A stretch of DNA of 64,000 nt, from contig CAYFMI010000003.1 in the NCBI GenBank assembly GCA_964344175.1, positions 1,425 through 65,424 of the forward strand. Direction: 5' to 3'. The translations under genes were made by a program, and so were the position numbers. The DNA comes from an uncultured Anaerolineales bacterium. GTDB lineage: Bacteria > Chloroflexota > Anaerolineae > Anaerolineales > UBA11858. The notes under the pieces are model-generated. The model did no database searches. It had not been told where the DNA came from and saw only the letters and a program-made list of their open reading frames with translations. How positions within the stretch are numbered: position 1 is the stretch's first letter; each line of letters opens with the position of its first letter. Positions 9,326 through 18,864 of the stretch are shown here, piece after piece.

Positions 9326-10183
9326 ATGGATTTCTTACTGGCATCTTTATCAGATGGCCTGTTGATCGGCTTTATTTATGGGGTTGCCGCAATGGGTCTG
9401 AGTCTGATCTTTGGCGTCATGGATGTCATCAACTTATCGCATGGCCCCATTATTGCCTTAGGCATGTTTGGCATCTATCTGACGTTTAGCGCGTTGGGAT
9501 TACATCCCTACATCGCCCTAATCTTGGTTGCTGCGGCTGGATTATTACTCGGTGTGGTAATTTACCTGATCGTTGTGCGCCGCGTTCTCGACGCACCCCA
9601 CCTATCCACCTTGTTGGCCACCTTCGCGGTGAACATGATCATCATCGGTTTGGGAACCGCCTACTTCAGCACTTCACCCTATAACGTGGAATTTTCACTG
9701 GGCAGGGTTACACTTGGCCCAATCACACTCTTAGGAACGCGCGTTGTTGGCGCTCTTGCGGCCGTTCTGGCGACTGTCGGGCTGTATCTCTTCTTATACC
9801 ACACCCGGCCTGGGCGCTACATCCGCGCTGTGGCAAACAACCGCAATGCTGCAGAAATAGTGGGTGTCCCCTCGAACAAGATCCTCGCCCTCAGTTTTGG
9901 TTTAGGCACAATGCTAGCCGCTTTCGCCGGTGGGCTAATTGCTACCTTTTTTCCATTCACCATTCTGGCAGGCGGCACCTACGAACTGAAAAGTTTCGTC
10001 ATCTGCGTATTGGGCGGATTAGGCAATCCCATCGGCTCATTATTGGGCGGCCTGGTGCTTGGTTTGATTGAGGGCATCATCCCCACGATGATGGAAGCCA
10101 CCTGGGTGCCGGTTGTAGAATTTGTGCTCTTTGTGCTTATTCTCCTTGTCCGGCCCAGTGGCCTTCTAGGAGCGAAAAAATGA
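9326..10183 (+). CDS. livH: Branched-chain amino-acid ABC transporter permease (LivH type)
   Basis: MDFLLASLSDGLLIGFIYGVAAMGLSLIFGVMDVINLSHG... is the typical LivH N-terminus. SD AAGGAGAG lies upstream of ATG 9326. Confidence 0.85.
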   Translation: MDFLLASLSDGLLIGFIYGVAAMGLSLIFGVMDVINLSHGPIIALGMFGIYLTFSALGLHPYIALILVAAAGLLLGVVIYLIVVRRVLDAPHLSTLLATFAVNMIIIGLGTAYFSTSPYNVEFSLGRVTLGPITLLGTRVVGALAAVLATVGLYLFLYHTRPGRYIRAVANNRNAAEIVGVPSNKILALSFGLGTMLAAFAGGLIATFFPFTILAGGTYELKSFVICVLGGLGNPIGSLLGGLVLGLIEGIIPTMMEATWVPVVEFVLFVLILLVRPSGLLGAKK

Positions 10184-11151
10184 AAAAATGGCACAATCAT
10201 CTCGGGCTGATCATCGCCGTAGTTTTTGTTGCACTTCTGGCAGCATGGCCGATGGTCACGGGCAAAGCCGCTGACCGCGAAGTCGCCTTCACGGTTTTAC
10301 GTGCTGTCGCCTTGGCCTCCAGCCTGAATATCATCCTGGGCTATACCGGCTACGTCAGCTTTGGACACATTGTCTTTTTTGGTATTGGCGGATATGTTGG
10401 TTTTTTCCTCATCAGCCAAAAAGGCGTCTCCCTTTGGCTGGCGATGCTGGCAGGCGGAATGGCGGCGGGCATCTTTGCTTTTTTGCTTGGTAAGGCAATT
10501 TTGCGCCTGCGGGGTGCATATTTCGCCCTGGCAACCATTGGCGTCAATCAGGCTGTTTTGGCATTTGTCGCCAATTTCGACCCCTTCGGCGGGCCGATTG
10601 GGATGAAACTCAACTTCCAAGTCTATCAGGATTACGGCGGCGCGTTGGAAGCTCTGCAGCTGGTCTTCTACATCATGGTGGCTGTCACCTTGCTAACCGT
10701 ATTGTTAAGCTACTTCATCCGCACGTCCAAATTCGGACTTGGGCTGCTTGCAATCCGTGAAGATGAAGATGCTGCCGAAGTAATGGGAGTCGTCGCCCCC
10801 GATGCCAAAACCTGGGCCTACACCCTATCTGCGATCTTACCCGGCGTCATTGGGGTGATCTTCTTCTTCAAAAATGCCAATATCCAGCCTCACGACGCCT
10901 TCCCCTTGCACACATCCATCGAGTCGATTGTGATGGTCATGTTGGGCGGTCAGGGAACCGTACTCGGCCCAATCCTTGGGGCTACGTTCTATCAGCGTCT
11001 GCGCGGGTTTTTGCTCACCAGCCCTATCTTCAAAAACATCCAACTGTCCGTAGCCGGGGTCTTACTCTTGGTTATCGTGCTATTTATCCCCGCCGGTGTG
11101 ATCGGATGGATTCGGCATCGTTATCCTAAAACGCGGAGGGTGCTCCAATGA
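10180..11151 (+). CDS. livM: Branched-chain amino-acid ABC transporter permease (LivM type)
   Basis: 323 aa, polytopic. Motif NIILGYTGYVSFGHIVFFGIGGY. ATGA overlap with livH. Confidence 0.85.
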   Translation: MKKWHNHLGLIIAVVFVALLAAWPMVTGKAADREVAFTVLRAVALASSLNIILGYTGYVSFGHIVFFGIGGYVGFFLISQKGVSLWLAMLAGGMAAGIFAFLLGKAILRLRGAYFALATIGVNQAVLAFVANFDPFGGPIGMKLNFQVYQDYGGALEALQLVFYIMVAVTLLTVLLSYFIRTSKFGLGLLAIREDEDAAEVMGVVAPDAKTWAYTLSAILPGVIGVIFFFKNANIQPHDAFPLHTSIESIVMVMLGGQGTVLGPILGATFYQRLRGFLLTSPIFKNIQLSVAGVLLLVIVLFIPAGVIGWIRHRYPKTRRVLQ

Positions 11152-11906
11152 CCATAATCTTACAAGTAGAAGGGGTCTCAAAACATTTTGGCGGCCTGAA
11201 AGCCCTCTCCGATATCACCTTTGACCTTCCCGAAGGTCAAATCATGGGTCTGATCGGACCCAACGGCGCTGGAAAAACCACCCTGTTTAATGTCATCAAC
11301 GGCGTGTACCCCGCCAATGGGGGCCGGGTTCTCTTCCAAGACGAAGATGTTACCGACGCCAAAACCTACCAGATGGCTCAAAAAGGGCTGGCGCGTACGC
11401 ACCAAATTGTGAAACCGCTCAACGAAATTAGCGTGCTTGAAAATGTGATCGTAGGAGCCTGCTTTGGGCGTCATGGATATGGGTTGGGGAAAGCAAGTAC
11501 GATTGCTCTGGAAGTGTTGGAATTCGTCGGGCTGGCTGATCGCGCCGACCAACTAGCCACCAGCCTCAACGTAGCTCAGAAAAAGCGCCTGGAAATGGCG
11601 CGCGCCCTGGCTGCTCAACCTGCCTTGCTGCTACTCGATGAAGTTCTAGCCGGGCTGAACCCCTCCGAAATTGCCGAGATGGTCGAAACGGTTCGCAAAA
11701 TCCGCGAACAAGGCATTACCATTATCATGATCGAACATGTTATGGATGCGGTGATGAACGTCTCTGACCGCATGATCGTACTCGACTTTGGCAAACAAAT
11801 CGCTGAAGGGACACCTGAAGAAATTCAAAATAACCAGCGCGTGATTGAAGCCTACTTGGGCGACCCTGAACTGGCTCAAAAGCTGCTCCAACAAAGTGAA
11901 CAATAG
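11148..11906 (+). CDS. livG: Branched-chain amino-acid ABC transporter ATP-binding protein (LivG type)
   Basis: Walker A GPNGAGKTT, signature-region LNVAQKKRLEMARAL, Walker B LLLLDEVLAG. ATGA overlap with livM. Confidence 0.9.
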   Translation: MTIILQVEGVSKHFGGLKALSDITFDLPEGQIMGLIGPNGAGKTTLFNVINGVYPANGGRVLFQDEDVTDAKTYQMAQKGLARTHQIVKPLNEISVLENVIVGACFGRHGYGLGKASTIALEVLEFVGLADRADQLATSLNVAQKKRLEMARALAAQPALLLLDEVLAGLNPSEIAEMVETVRKIREQGITIIMIEHVMDAVMNVSDRMIVLDFGKQIAEGTPEEIQNNQRVIEAYLGDPELAQKLLQQSEQ

Positions 11907-11913
11907 AGGTGCC

Positions 11914-12627
11914 ATGATGAGTATTCTAGAAATCAAAGACGTGACCTCTGGGTACGGGGAAGTGCAAATTCTCTGGGGTGCTAATTTATCCCTGGAAGCG
12001 GGCAAAATGACCTCGCTGGTTGGCGCCAATGGCGCGGGAAAAACGACCATGCTGCGCACCGTAATAGGGTTGCTAAAACCCTGGAGCGGCTCGGTGACTT
12101 TCAATGGTGAAGACGTGAGCAAACTTTCCGCACATGAAAAAGCAGAGCAGGGCATGGTGTTGGTTCCCGAAGGGCGGCAACTTTTCACCGAAATGAGCGT
12201 CGAAGAAAACCTGGAAATGGGCGCCTCACCCCCACGCGCCCGCCCGCATATCGACAAAAATTTCAAGCTGGTCTTCGAAATGTTTCCCCGCCTCGAAGAA
12301 CGCAAACACCAAAAAGCCGGTACGCTCAGCGGCGGCGAACAACAAATGCTGGCCGTAGCCCGTGGCATCATGGCAGAGCCTATTATCTTGATGATGGATG
12401 AACTTTCTTTGGGTTTGGCTCCGGTACTGGTGTTAGATCTCTTTCAAGGGCTAGGCCGTCTCAAGGATGCCGGTATCACCATGCTACTCGTAGAACAAAA
12501 TGTTCAAATGGCTTTGGCAATTAGCGATTACGGCTATGTACTCTCACACGGAAAGGTGGGTTTGCATGGCCCAGCCCGCGAATTAATCACAGATGCACAT
12601 ATCCAGGCCGCCTACCTGGGTGGATAA
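11914..12627 (+). CDS. livF: Branched-chain amino-acid ABC transporter ATP-binding protein (LivF type)
   Basis: MMSILEIKDVTSGYG..., Walker A GANGAGKTT, signature LSGGEQQMLAVARG, Walker B ILMMDELSLGL. Start taken at ATG 11914, just after the livG stop. Confidence 0.9.
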   Translation: MMSILEIKDVTSGYGEVQILWGANLSLEAGKMTSLVGANGAGKTTMLRTVIGLLKPWSGSVTFNGEDVSKLSAHEKAEQGMVLVPEGRQLFTEMSVEENLEMGASPPRARPHIDKNFKLVFEMFPRLEERKHQKAGTLSGGEQQMLAVARGIMAEPIILMMDELSLGLAPVLVLDLFQGLGRLKDAGITMLLVEQNVQMALAISDYGYVLSHGKVGLHGPARELITDAHIQAAYLGG

Positions 12628-12868
12628 CCAGCGAGGATAAAAAGCACACACCGGGTGTAATTTCAGTTACTTTATCGAAATCTTCATACCGTTATAAAAT
12701 GATAGATAACTGAACCTAGAATGCTGGCATTTCACAACCCAAAACTCTCGCAATACGACAGCCCTGAACCGCAACCAGCAAGCATTTACCCGCTGGCATC
12801 TATCCGAGTTGAGAGCCTGAGAAATTTGTTGGAAAGCCAAGATATATCGTCAAAAGAAGGAGTTAATC

Positions 12869-13516
12869 ATGTTAGTAGGCGAAAGAATGTCTCACCCGGT
12901 CATCACCATTTCGCCAGAAATGCCCATCACCGAGGCAATCAACCTGATGCGGCGCGAGCACATCCGCCGCGCCCCGGTTATCAAAGGCACAAAGCTGGTC
13001 GGTATCGTCTCCGATAAAGACCTACTCAACGCATCGCCGTCTCCAGCTACGTCACTCAGTATATGGGAAATGAACTATCTACTAAGCAAGATCACGGTAA
13101 GTGATGTCATGACCCAAGAAGTGATGACAATCACCACTTCCACGCCCATCGAAGAAGCGGCCCGCATCATGGCCGATAATAAAATTGGCGGGTTGCCTGT
13201 GACCAAAGACGATCGCGTCGTCGGCATGATTACGGAAACCGATCTCTTCAAGATTTTCTTAGAGTTGATGGGAGCGCGTGAAGTTGGCGTGCGGGTTACC
13301 GCGCTGGTGCCCGAAAAAGTAGGTGAACTGGCCGCTCTGGCAAAGGCCGTTTCTCATGCGGGCGGCAACTTCGTTGCTTTCGGCCAAACCGCTGGAGAAG
13401 ACCCAAGCAACCGCGAAGTCACCTTCAAAGTTACCGGCATCTCCGAAAAAGAGGTTATTAAAGCCATCGAACCTTATGTGGAGAAAATCGAAGATATTCG
13501 CACCGGTAGTTCCTGA
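12869..13516 (+). CDS. CBS-pair plus ACT-like domain protein (AcuB-like)
   Basis: 215 aa, SD AAGGAG. Two CBS motifs (...PVIKGTKLVGIVSDKDLL..., ...GGLPVTKDDRVVGMITETDLF...) are followed by a ~70-aa ACT-like tail. Confidence 0.75.
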   Translation: MLVGERMSHPVITISPEMPITEAINLMRREHIRRAPVIKGTKLVGIVSDKDLLNASPSPATSLSIWEMNYLLSKITVSDVMTQEVMTITTSTPIEEAARIMADNKIGGLPVTKDDRVVGMITETDLFKIFLELMGAREVGVRVTALVPEKVGELAALAKAVSHAGGNFVAFGQTAGEDPSNREVTFKVTGISEKEVIKAIEPYVEKIEDIRTGSS

Positions 13517-13531
13517 ACATATCTCCCCAAC

Positions 13532-13565
13532 AAAAAAAGGCGGCCCACAAGGTCGCCTTTTTTTT
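13532..13565 (+). terminator. Rho-independent terminator after the CBS gene
   Basis: AAAAAAAGGCGGCC-cacaa-GGTCGCCTTTTTTTT. The stem is 9 bp with one G:U pair, followed by a run of 8 T. Confidence 0.7.
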
Positions 13566-13687
13566 ACAGGGCCTCACCGCATAATGGCTTCGTTATGCAG
13601 TGAAAGCCCGCGCCTGATAACACCCCTTTCTACAACCACTGAGTGTCCCCCCAATATTTGGGTAATACGATTATTTGTTCTATAAAG

Positions 13688-13693
13688 TATAAT
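13688..13693 (+). promoter_or_regulatory. Candidate -10 box (TATAAT) 6 nt before the dinG ATG (leaderless arrangement)
   Basis: aagTATAATtcagctATG. No SD is present. Confidence 0.4.
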
Positions 13694-13699
13694 TCAGCT

Positions 13700-16531
13700 A
13701 TGTCTCATACAATTGTCGCACTGGATATTGAAACGACCGGCCTAAACCCCGAAGCCGACGGAATCACCGAAATTGGTGCTGTGCGCTTCAAGGGGGATCG
13801 TATCGAAGATGAATGGAGCCACCTGATTAACCCCGGGCAGCGCATACCGGCATTTATTACCCGTCTAACCGGGATTACGGATGCAATGGTGCGCAACGCG
13901 CCCCCTGTCCACGATGTCCTCGAAGATCTGGCTCATTTTGTGGGGGACGCGCCCATCGTCGGCCATAATGTGCGCTTCGATCTCAGTTTCTTGCAGCGCT
14001 ATGGCATTTTACAGCACAACGAACCCTTAGACACATACGACATGGCCGCTGTGTTGATCCCCAATGCCGGGCGCTATCAACTGGGAGCGTTGGCGCAAAC
14101 TTTGGGCATCATCTTGCCTGCCACTCACCGCGCTCTGGATGACGCCCGCGTAACCCATCGCGTTTATCAACGCCTTTACGAAGAAGCCCTGCACATGCCG
14201 CTTGAACTGCTGGCCGAAATCGTTCGCCTGGGCGATGATGTCGGCAATTGGATGGGCTACGGCTTGTTCTTCGAGGCGCTGCGCGCCCGCTCAAAGGAAG
14301 TGGTTAAAGCCCGCCAAACCTCCGATGTGGCTTTTGGTCCTCTTTTCGACCGGCAACGCCCCCAAGATATTCCCCCGCTTGTTCCCCTCGACCCGCTCAT
14401 CCCGCTCGATCCCGAAGAAGTCGCTTCGGTGCTGGAGTATGGCGGCGAATTCTCGCAATATTTCAAGCAATATGAACACCGCCCCGAACAAGTGGAGATG
14501 CTGCGGGCAGTCACCGAATCGCTTTCTGAGGGGCAACATCTGATGGTCGAGGCCGGCACCGGTGTCGGCAAATCGTTTGCCTATCTGATCCCGGCGGCTT
14601 TGTGGGCCATTCAGAACAATACCCGCGTGGTGATCTCCACCAACACCATCAATCTACAAGATCAACTCATCAACAAAGATATTCCTGATCTGCAAAAAGC
14701 CCTCGACATCGATCTATTCGCGACGGTGCTGAAGGGGCGCGGCAATTACTTATGTCCCCGCCGGATGGAATTTGTCCGCCGGCGCGGTCCCAATAACCCC
14801 GAAGAGATGCGCGTCCTGGCAAAGGTGATGGTTTGGCTGCATCAGGGCGGCAATGGCGATCGGGTGAATCTCAACCTGAACGGGCCGGTGGAGCGCGAGG
14901 TTTGGGCGCGTTTCTCAGCCTCGGATGATGGCTGTACTACCGACAACTGTCTCAAACACACCGGCGGCGCCTGCCCCTTCTTCCGCGCCCGGCAAGCCGC
15001 CCAGAGCGCCCATCTCATCATCGTCAATCATGCCTTATTGCTGGCCGATGTAGCCGTGGGCAGTCGCGTGCTGCCCGAATATGAATATCTCATCATCGAC
15101 GAGGGTCATCACCTTGAAAACGCCAGCACCAACGCCCTCAGCTTCCGCGCCACACAGATGGATTTCATCCGCCTGCTGCGTGAGCTGGGCAGCTACCGCG
15201 GCGACGGCGATAAGCTCTCTGGGGTGTTAGGACGCTTGCTCAACACCCTAAGAGACGGCGTTTCACCAAGCGAGTTTGCTGGGATCAAACATCTCGCCGA
15301 GCGAGCTAGCGACCTGGCCTTTCAGTTCGAGAGTCTCAACCGCAGTTTCTTCGACACGATCGACAACTTCCTCTTCGAGCAGCGCGAGGGCCAGGCCGTT
15401 GGCCCCTACTCGCAGCAGGTGCGCATCCTGCCTGGGACGCGCGTCCAGCCCGCCTGGTTGGAGGTCGAAGTAGCCTGGGAAGATGCCCATACCACAATCA
15501 CAGGGCTGCTGGGAAAATTGGAACAAATTGCTCAAAACGTGATCGATATTTCAGATGCCGGGTTTGGCGACATCGACGCCCTGGAAGAGAATTATCACGA
15601 CACGACCAATGTCTATAAACGCCTCAAAGAAATGATTGGCAGCATTGATGCCCTGGTGTTCAACCCCCAACCCGATCATATCTACTGGGCTGAAGTACGC
15701 TCCGGCGGACGCGGGCTGACCCTGCAAGCCGCGCCGCTGCATGTGGGCCCATTGGTGCAAAAACACCTCTGGCACGAAAAAACCTCGGTGATCCTGACAT
15801 CGGCCACGCTAACTACGGCAGGCGAATTCGACTATCTGCGCGGGCGGCTGTATGCCGAAGACGCCAACGAGATTGCCCTCGGCTCGCCCTTCGACTACGA
15901 AAACGCCACTCTGCTCTATGTGCCCGACAACATCCCCGAACCGAGTGACCGCAACGGGCATCAGCGCGCCATCGAGAACACCCTCATACATCTCTGCAAA
16001 GCTACCAGCGGGCGCACGCTAGCGCTCTTTACCTCCTACGCCCAGCTTCAGCAAACCTCGCGCAATATCGCCCCCTCTTTGGCAGAAGCCGGGATTGTCG
16101 TTTTCGAGCAAGGTGAAGGCGCTTCGGCACACTCTTTGTTAGAAAGTTTTCGCGAGGCAGATCGGGCTGTTTTGCTGGGGACGCGCGCCTTTTGGGAGGG
16201 GGTTGACATCCCCGGCGATGACCTCTCGGTTTTGGTGATCGTCAAGCTGCCCTTTGCGGTGCCCTCCGACCCAATTGTGGCAGCCCGCTCGGAGACCTTC
16301 GAACAGCCCTTCTACCAATACACGGTCCCCGAGGCCATTCTGGAATTCCGCCAGGGATTTGGCCGCCTGATCCGCACCGAATATGACCGCGGCGTGGCGG
16401 TGATTTTAGACCGGCGGGTGATGACCAAAAGCTATGGGCGCGCCTTCATTGAGTCGCTGCCGCAATGCACTTTGCGCGTTGGGCCGCTGCAAAACCTGCC
16501 TCAAGAGGCCGCCAGATGGCTGAACCTTTAA
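13700..16531 (+). CDS. dinG: DnaQ-like 3'-5' exonuclease fused to a DinG/XPD-family (SF2, Fe-S) DNA helicase
   Basis: Exo I VALDIETTGL, Exo II IVGHNVRFDLSFL, Exo III HRALDDARV. Helicase Walker A VEAGTGVGKSFA and DEGH box LIIDEGHHL. Four Cys (YLCPRR ... DGCTTDNCLKHTGGACPFF). C-terminal motifs LGTRAFWEGVDIPG and QGFGRLIR. Confidence 0.9.
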   Translation: MSHTIVALDIETTGLNPEADGITEIGAVRFKGDRIEDEWSHLINPGQRIPAFITRLTGITDAMVRNAPPVHDVLEDLAHFVGDAPIVGHNVRFDLSFLQRYGILQHNEPLDTYDMAAVLIPNAGRYQLGALAQTLGIILPATHRALDDARVTHRVYQRLYEEALHMPLELLAEIVRLGDDVGNWMGYGLFFEALRARSKEVVKARQTSDVAFGPLFDRQRPQDIPPLVPLDPLIPLDPEEVASVLEYGGEFSQYFKQYEHRPEQVEMLRAVTESLSEGQHLMVEAGTGVGKSFAYLIPAALWAIQNNTRVVISTNTINLQDQLINKDIPDLQKALDIDLFATVLKGRGNYLCPRRMEFVRRRGPNNPEEMRVLAKVMVWLHQGGNGDRVNLNLNGPVEREVWARFSASDDGCTTDNCLKHTGGACPFFRARQAAQSAHLIIVNHALLLADVAVGSRVLPEYEYLIIDEGHHLENASTNALSFRATQMDFIRLLRELGSYRGDGDKLSGVLGRLLNTLRDGVSPSEFAGIKHLAERASDLAFQFESLNRSFFDTIDNFLFEQREGQAVGPYSQQVRILPGTRVQPAWLEVEVAWEDAHTTITGLLGKLEQIAQNVIDISDAGFGDIDALEENYHDTTNVYKRLKEMIGSIDALVFNPQPDHIYWAEVRSGGRGLTLQAAPLHVGPLVQKHLWHEKTSVILTSATLTTAGEFDYLRGRLYAEDANEIALGSPFDYENATLLYVPDNIPEPSDRNGHQRAIENTLIHLCKATSGRTLALFTSYAQLQQTSRNIAPSLAEAGIVVFEQGEGASAHSLLESFREADRAVLLGTRAFWEGVDIPGDDLSVLVIVKLPFAVPSDPIVAARSETFEQPFYQYTVPEAILEFRQGFGRLIRTEYDRGVAVILDRRVMTKSYGRAFIESLPQCTLRVGPLQNLPQEAARWLNL

Positions 16532-18807
16532 GCAAGAAACTCATTAAGAGATGCAAAGATCTATTCGCCGTTCTTTGCGCCCTTTGCACCTTTGCGTTAT
16601 TTATCCCCGCATTAGCCCAGGCTAATTCCGCGCCCGCAAGTATCTCCATCTCACAGGATGGGCGCTTTGTAGCCTTCATCTCTGAAACTGATGATCTGGT
16701 AACAAACGACAGCAACGGCGTTGCCGATGTCTTCGTCCGCGACCGCATGGCAAATACCATCGAGCGGGTCTCGCTTTCATCGACCGGCGAACAAAGCGAC
16801 GCGCCCGCATCTCAAGTGGTGATCTCTGCCGACGGGCGCTTTGTGACCTTCGTTTCGGCGGCTGACTCACTTGTCCCTGACGATGCAGTCGGCTTTGAGG
16901 ATGTCTATGTTCACGACCGCCTGACCGGGATCACCGAACGCGCTTCGGTAAACGACCGCGGCCAACGCGGCGATGGCAACTCATCCGACCCAGACATCTC
17001 AACCGATGGGCGCTATGTGGCCTTCCGCTCAGAAGCCAAAAACCTAGTACTCGACGACAGCAACGGTGTAGCCGATGTCTTCATCCGCGACCGCCTGACC
17101 GGGCATACCATTCGCGCCTCAGTCAGCAGCCGGGAGGCAGAGAGCAATTTCCCCTCTGGCGGGACGCTAGCGATCTCTGGCGATGGCCGTACGGTGGCCT
17201 TCTCATCCGAAGGGGCAACACTGGCAATTGCCATTTCCAACGAGCCGCGCATTTATTTATACAACCGCGTTCTGGCGCAGATCGAATACCTTAACCTGCC
17301 GGTGGACGACAATGCCCGCGTACTCGAACAACTGGCCCTATCTACATCTGCCAACACCCTGGCCGCTCTTAGCCAGATGGATGAGCAGCATTACGAAACC
17401 CTGGTTTACCAAAAAAGCGACGGCGCTTACCAAATCATCTTCAGCTTCGAAACCACCAGCCCAACTGCGCCGCAAATTTCTCTCTCTGCCGATGGCACGG
17501 CCCTGGCTATCGCCGCGCCAGGGCAAGGGATTTTCTACGTCGATCTGACATCCGGCGCAATGCAAACCGTCCCCGCAGAGGTCCCGCCCGACAGGGTAGC
17601 CATCTCCGCCGACGGCCAGACGCTGGCCATCTCCGCCGAGGGCCAGGCTATCACCCAGAACATCGGCGAGGCAGCATTGGGCTTCACCCTCAGCGGGCAG
17701 GTCACCGATGCCACCGGGCAGCCGCTGGCGCTGGTCACGATCAAAACGTCGGGCGGGGATTCCACGCGCACCGATGGGAGCGGGTATTTCTTCTTTAGCG
17801 GCATCCCACCAGGGGTTACAGAATTGATCCCCGCGAAAGATGGTTTCACCTTTGAGCCAGAATCACGCTCCATTGAGGTAACCGCCGACGCGAACGGCCT
17901 CCATTTCACCGCCGCCCACGGAAAAGTTCTCGAAGAAGCGCGTCTCGATCTAGGCATGCCCTATAGCGAGGCGCGCGGCGAAAGCGGCCCTTATCACGGC
18001 TATGCCGCCGGGTACTGCACCGACCTGGTGCTGGATGCCTACACCTGGGGCGTGGAGTACAACATCCAGTTTGCGCTGGAGCAGGATTACCGCGCACACC
18101 CGGAGCATTTTTACCGCTGGCGCGACGCCCGCGACGCCCACGATATGTGGCGCTATTTCAGCTACACCGGCCAGATGCTGCCCCACGCTGCGCCGTACCA
18201 GCCCGGTGACATTGTCTTCTTCGATTGGAGCGAAGACGGCGAGATTGACCACGTTGCCATCGTCTCAGAGGTCACGCCCCAAAACCAGCCCCGCAATCTC
18301 TACGACGCCACCGGCGTGATCGCCAGCAATCCCGGCGGACGGGCGGCAGAACTACCCTGGGAGGATTTCCACGAACGCACCGTACGCGGTCATGCCCGCT
18401 GGTCGGGCGCCTATCAGCCAGTTATCCCCACCATGCCGGGCGGCGAATACCTGCAAGTTGCCGTGGGCGCATCGCAGATCAGCCTGAGGATGACCGACCC
18501 ACAGGGGGGACAACTCGCAAGGGAAACGCGCCAAATCGCGGGAGCATCTTTCTTTAGTTTGGGCTGGGAACAAAACTTGAGCGTGTTCGCGCCCCTGGAG
18601 ATTGGGACGCGGTACACCGTGGAAATCAGCAATCTGAGCGAAGTTGAAACGCCCTACATTTTCATTGCCCACACCACCCAGGAGGGTTTGGTCACAGAGC
18701 GGGTTGAGTTCGAGGGCATACTGGCCCCTGAAGAGGTGTATACCCTGGTGCTAGAACTCAGCCGAGGGGAAGACGAGACATTGACTCTGAAAATTGTGGA
18801 CGACTGA
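16516..18807 (+). CDS. Secreted multidomain protein: PD40/TolB-like beta-propeller repeats + CarboxypepD_reg-like domain + DUF1287-like (NlpC/P60-like fold) domain + C-terminal beta domain
   Basis: SD GAGG lies 7 nt before ATG 16516. Signal peptide ...FALFIPALAQA. Repeats ISxDGRFVAFxS...LVxDDSNGVADVF[VI]RDR occur at least 4 times. GQVTDATGQPLALVTIKTSGGDSTRTDGSGYFFFSGIPPG. GYCTDLVLDAYTWGV...YQPGDIVFFDW...IDHVAIVSEV. Confidence 0.75.
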   Translation: MAEPLSKKLIKRCKDLFAVLCALCTFALFIPALAQANSAPASISISQDGRFVAFISETDDLVTNDSNGVADVFVRDRMANTIERVSLSSTGEQSDAPASQVVISADGRFVTFVSAADSLVPDDAVGFEDVYVHDRLTGITERASVNDRGQRGDGNSSDPDISTDGRYVAFRSEAKNLVLDDSNGVADVFIRDRLTGHTIRASVSSREAESNFPSGGTLAISGDGRTVAFSSEGATLAIAISNEPRIYLYNRVLAQIEYLNLPVDDNARVLEQLALSTSANTLAALSQMDEQHYETLVYQKSDGAYQIIFSFETTSPTAPQISLSADGTALAIAAPGQGIFYVDLTSGAMQTVPAEVPPDRVAISADGQTLAISAEGQAITQNIGEAALGFTLSGQVTDATGQPLALVTIKTSGGDSTRTDGSGYFFFSGIPPGVTELIPAKDGFTFEPESRSIEVTADANGLHFTAAHGKVLEEARLDLGMPYSEARGESGPYHGYAAGYCTDLVLDAYTWGVEYNIQFALEQDYRAHPEHFYRWRDARDAHDMWRYFSYTGQMLPHAAPYQPGDIVFFDWSEDGEIDHVAIVSEVTPQNQPRNLYDATGVIASNPGGRAAELPWEDFHERTVRGHARWSGAYQPVIPTMPGGEYLQVAVGASQISLRMTDPQGGQLARETRQIAGASFFSLGWEQNLSVFAPLEIGTRYTVEISNLSEVETPYIFIAHTTQEGLVTERVEFEGILAPEEVYTLVLELSRGEDETLTLKIVDD

Positions 18808-18864
18808 GGTCGGACGACAGACCGCAGATTGCTGTCTGCGGTCGCTGTTGCAGAGAAAATCGCC

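Noticed and set aside
11646-12371. 241-aa minus-strand ORF spanning the livG/livF junction
   Set aside because: It is antisense to two ABC ATPase genes that have full Walker and signature motifs. It is a shadow ORF.
16709-17094. Near-identical 39-nt DNA repeats
   Set aside because: They encode the conserved DSNGVADVF[VI]RDR strand of successive PD40 repeats within one gene. They are not CRISPR, MITE or recombination repeats.
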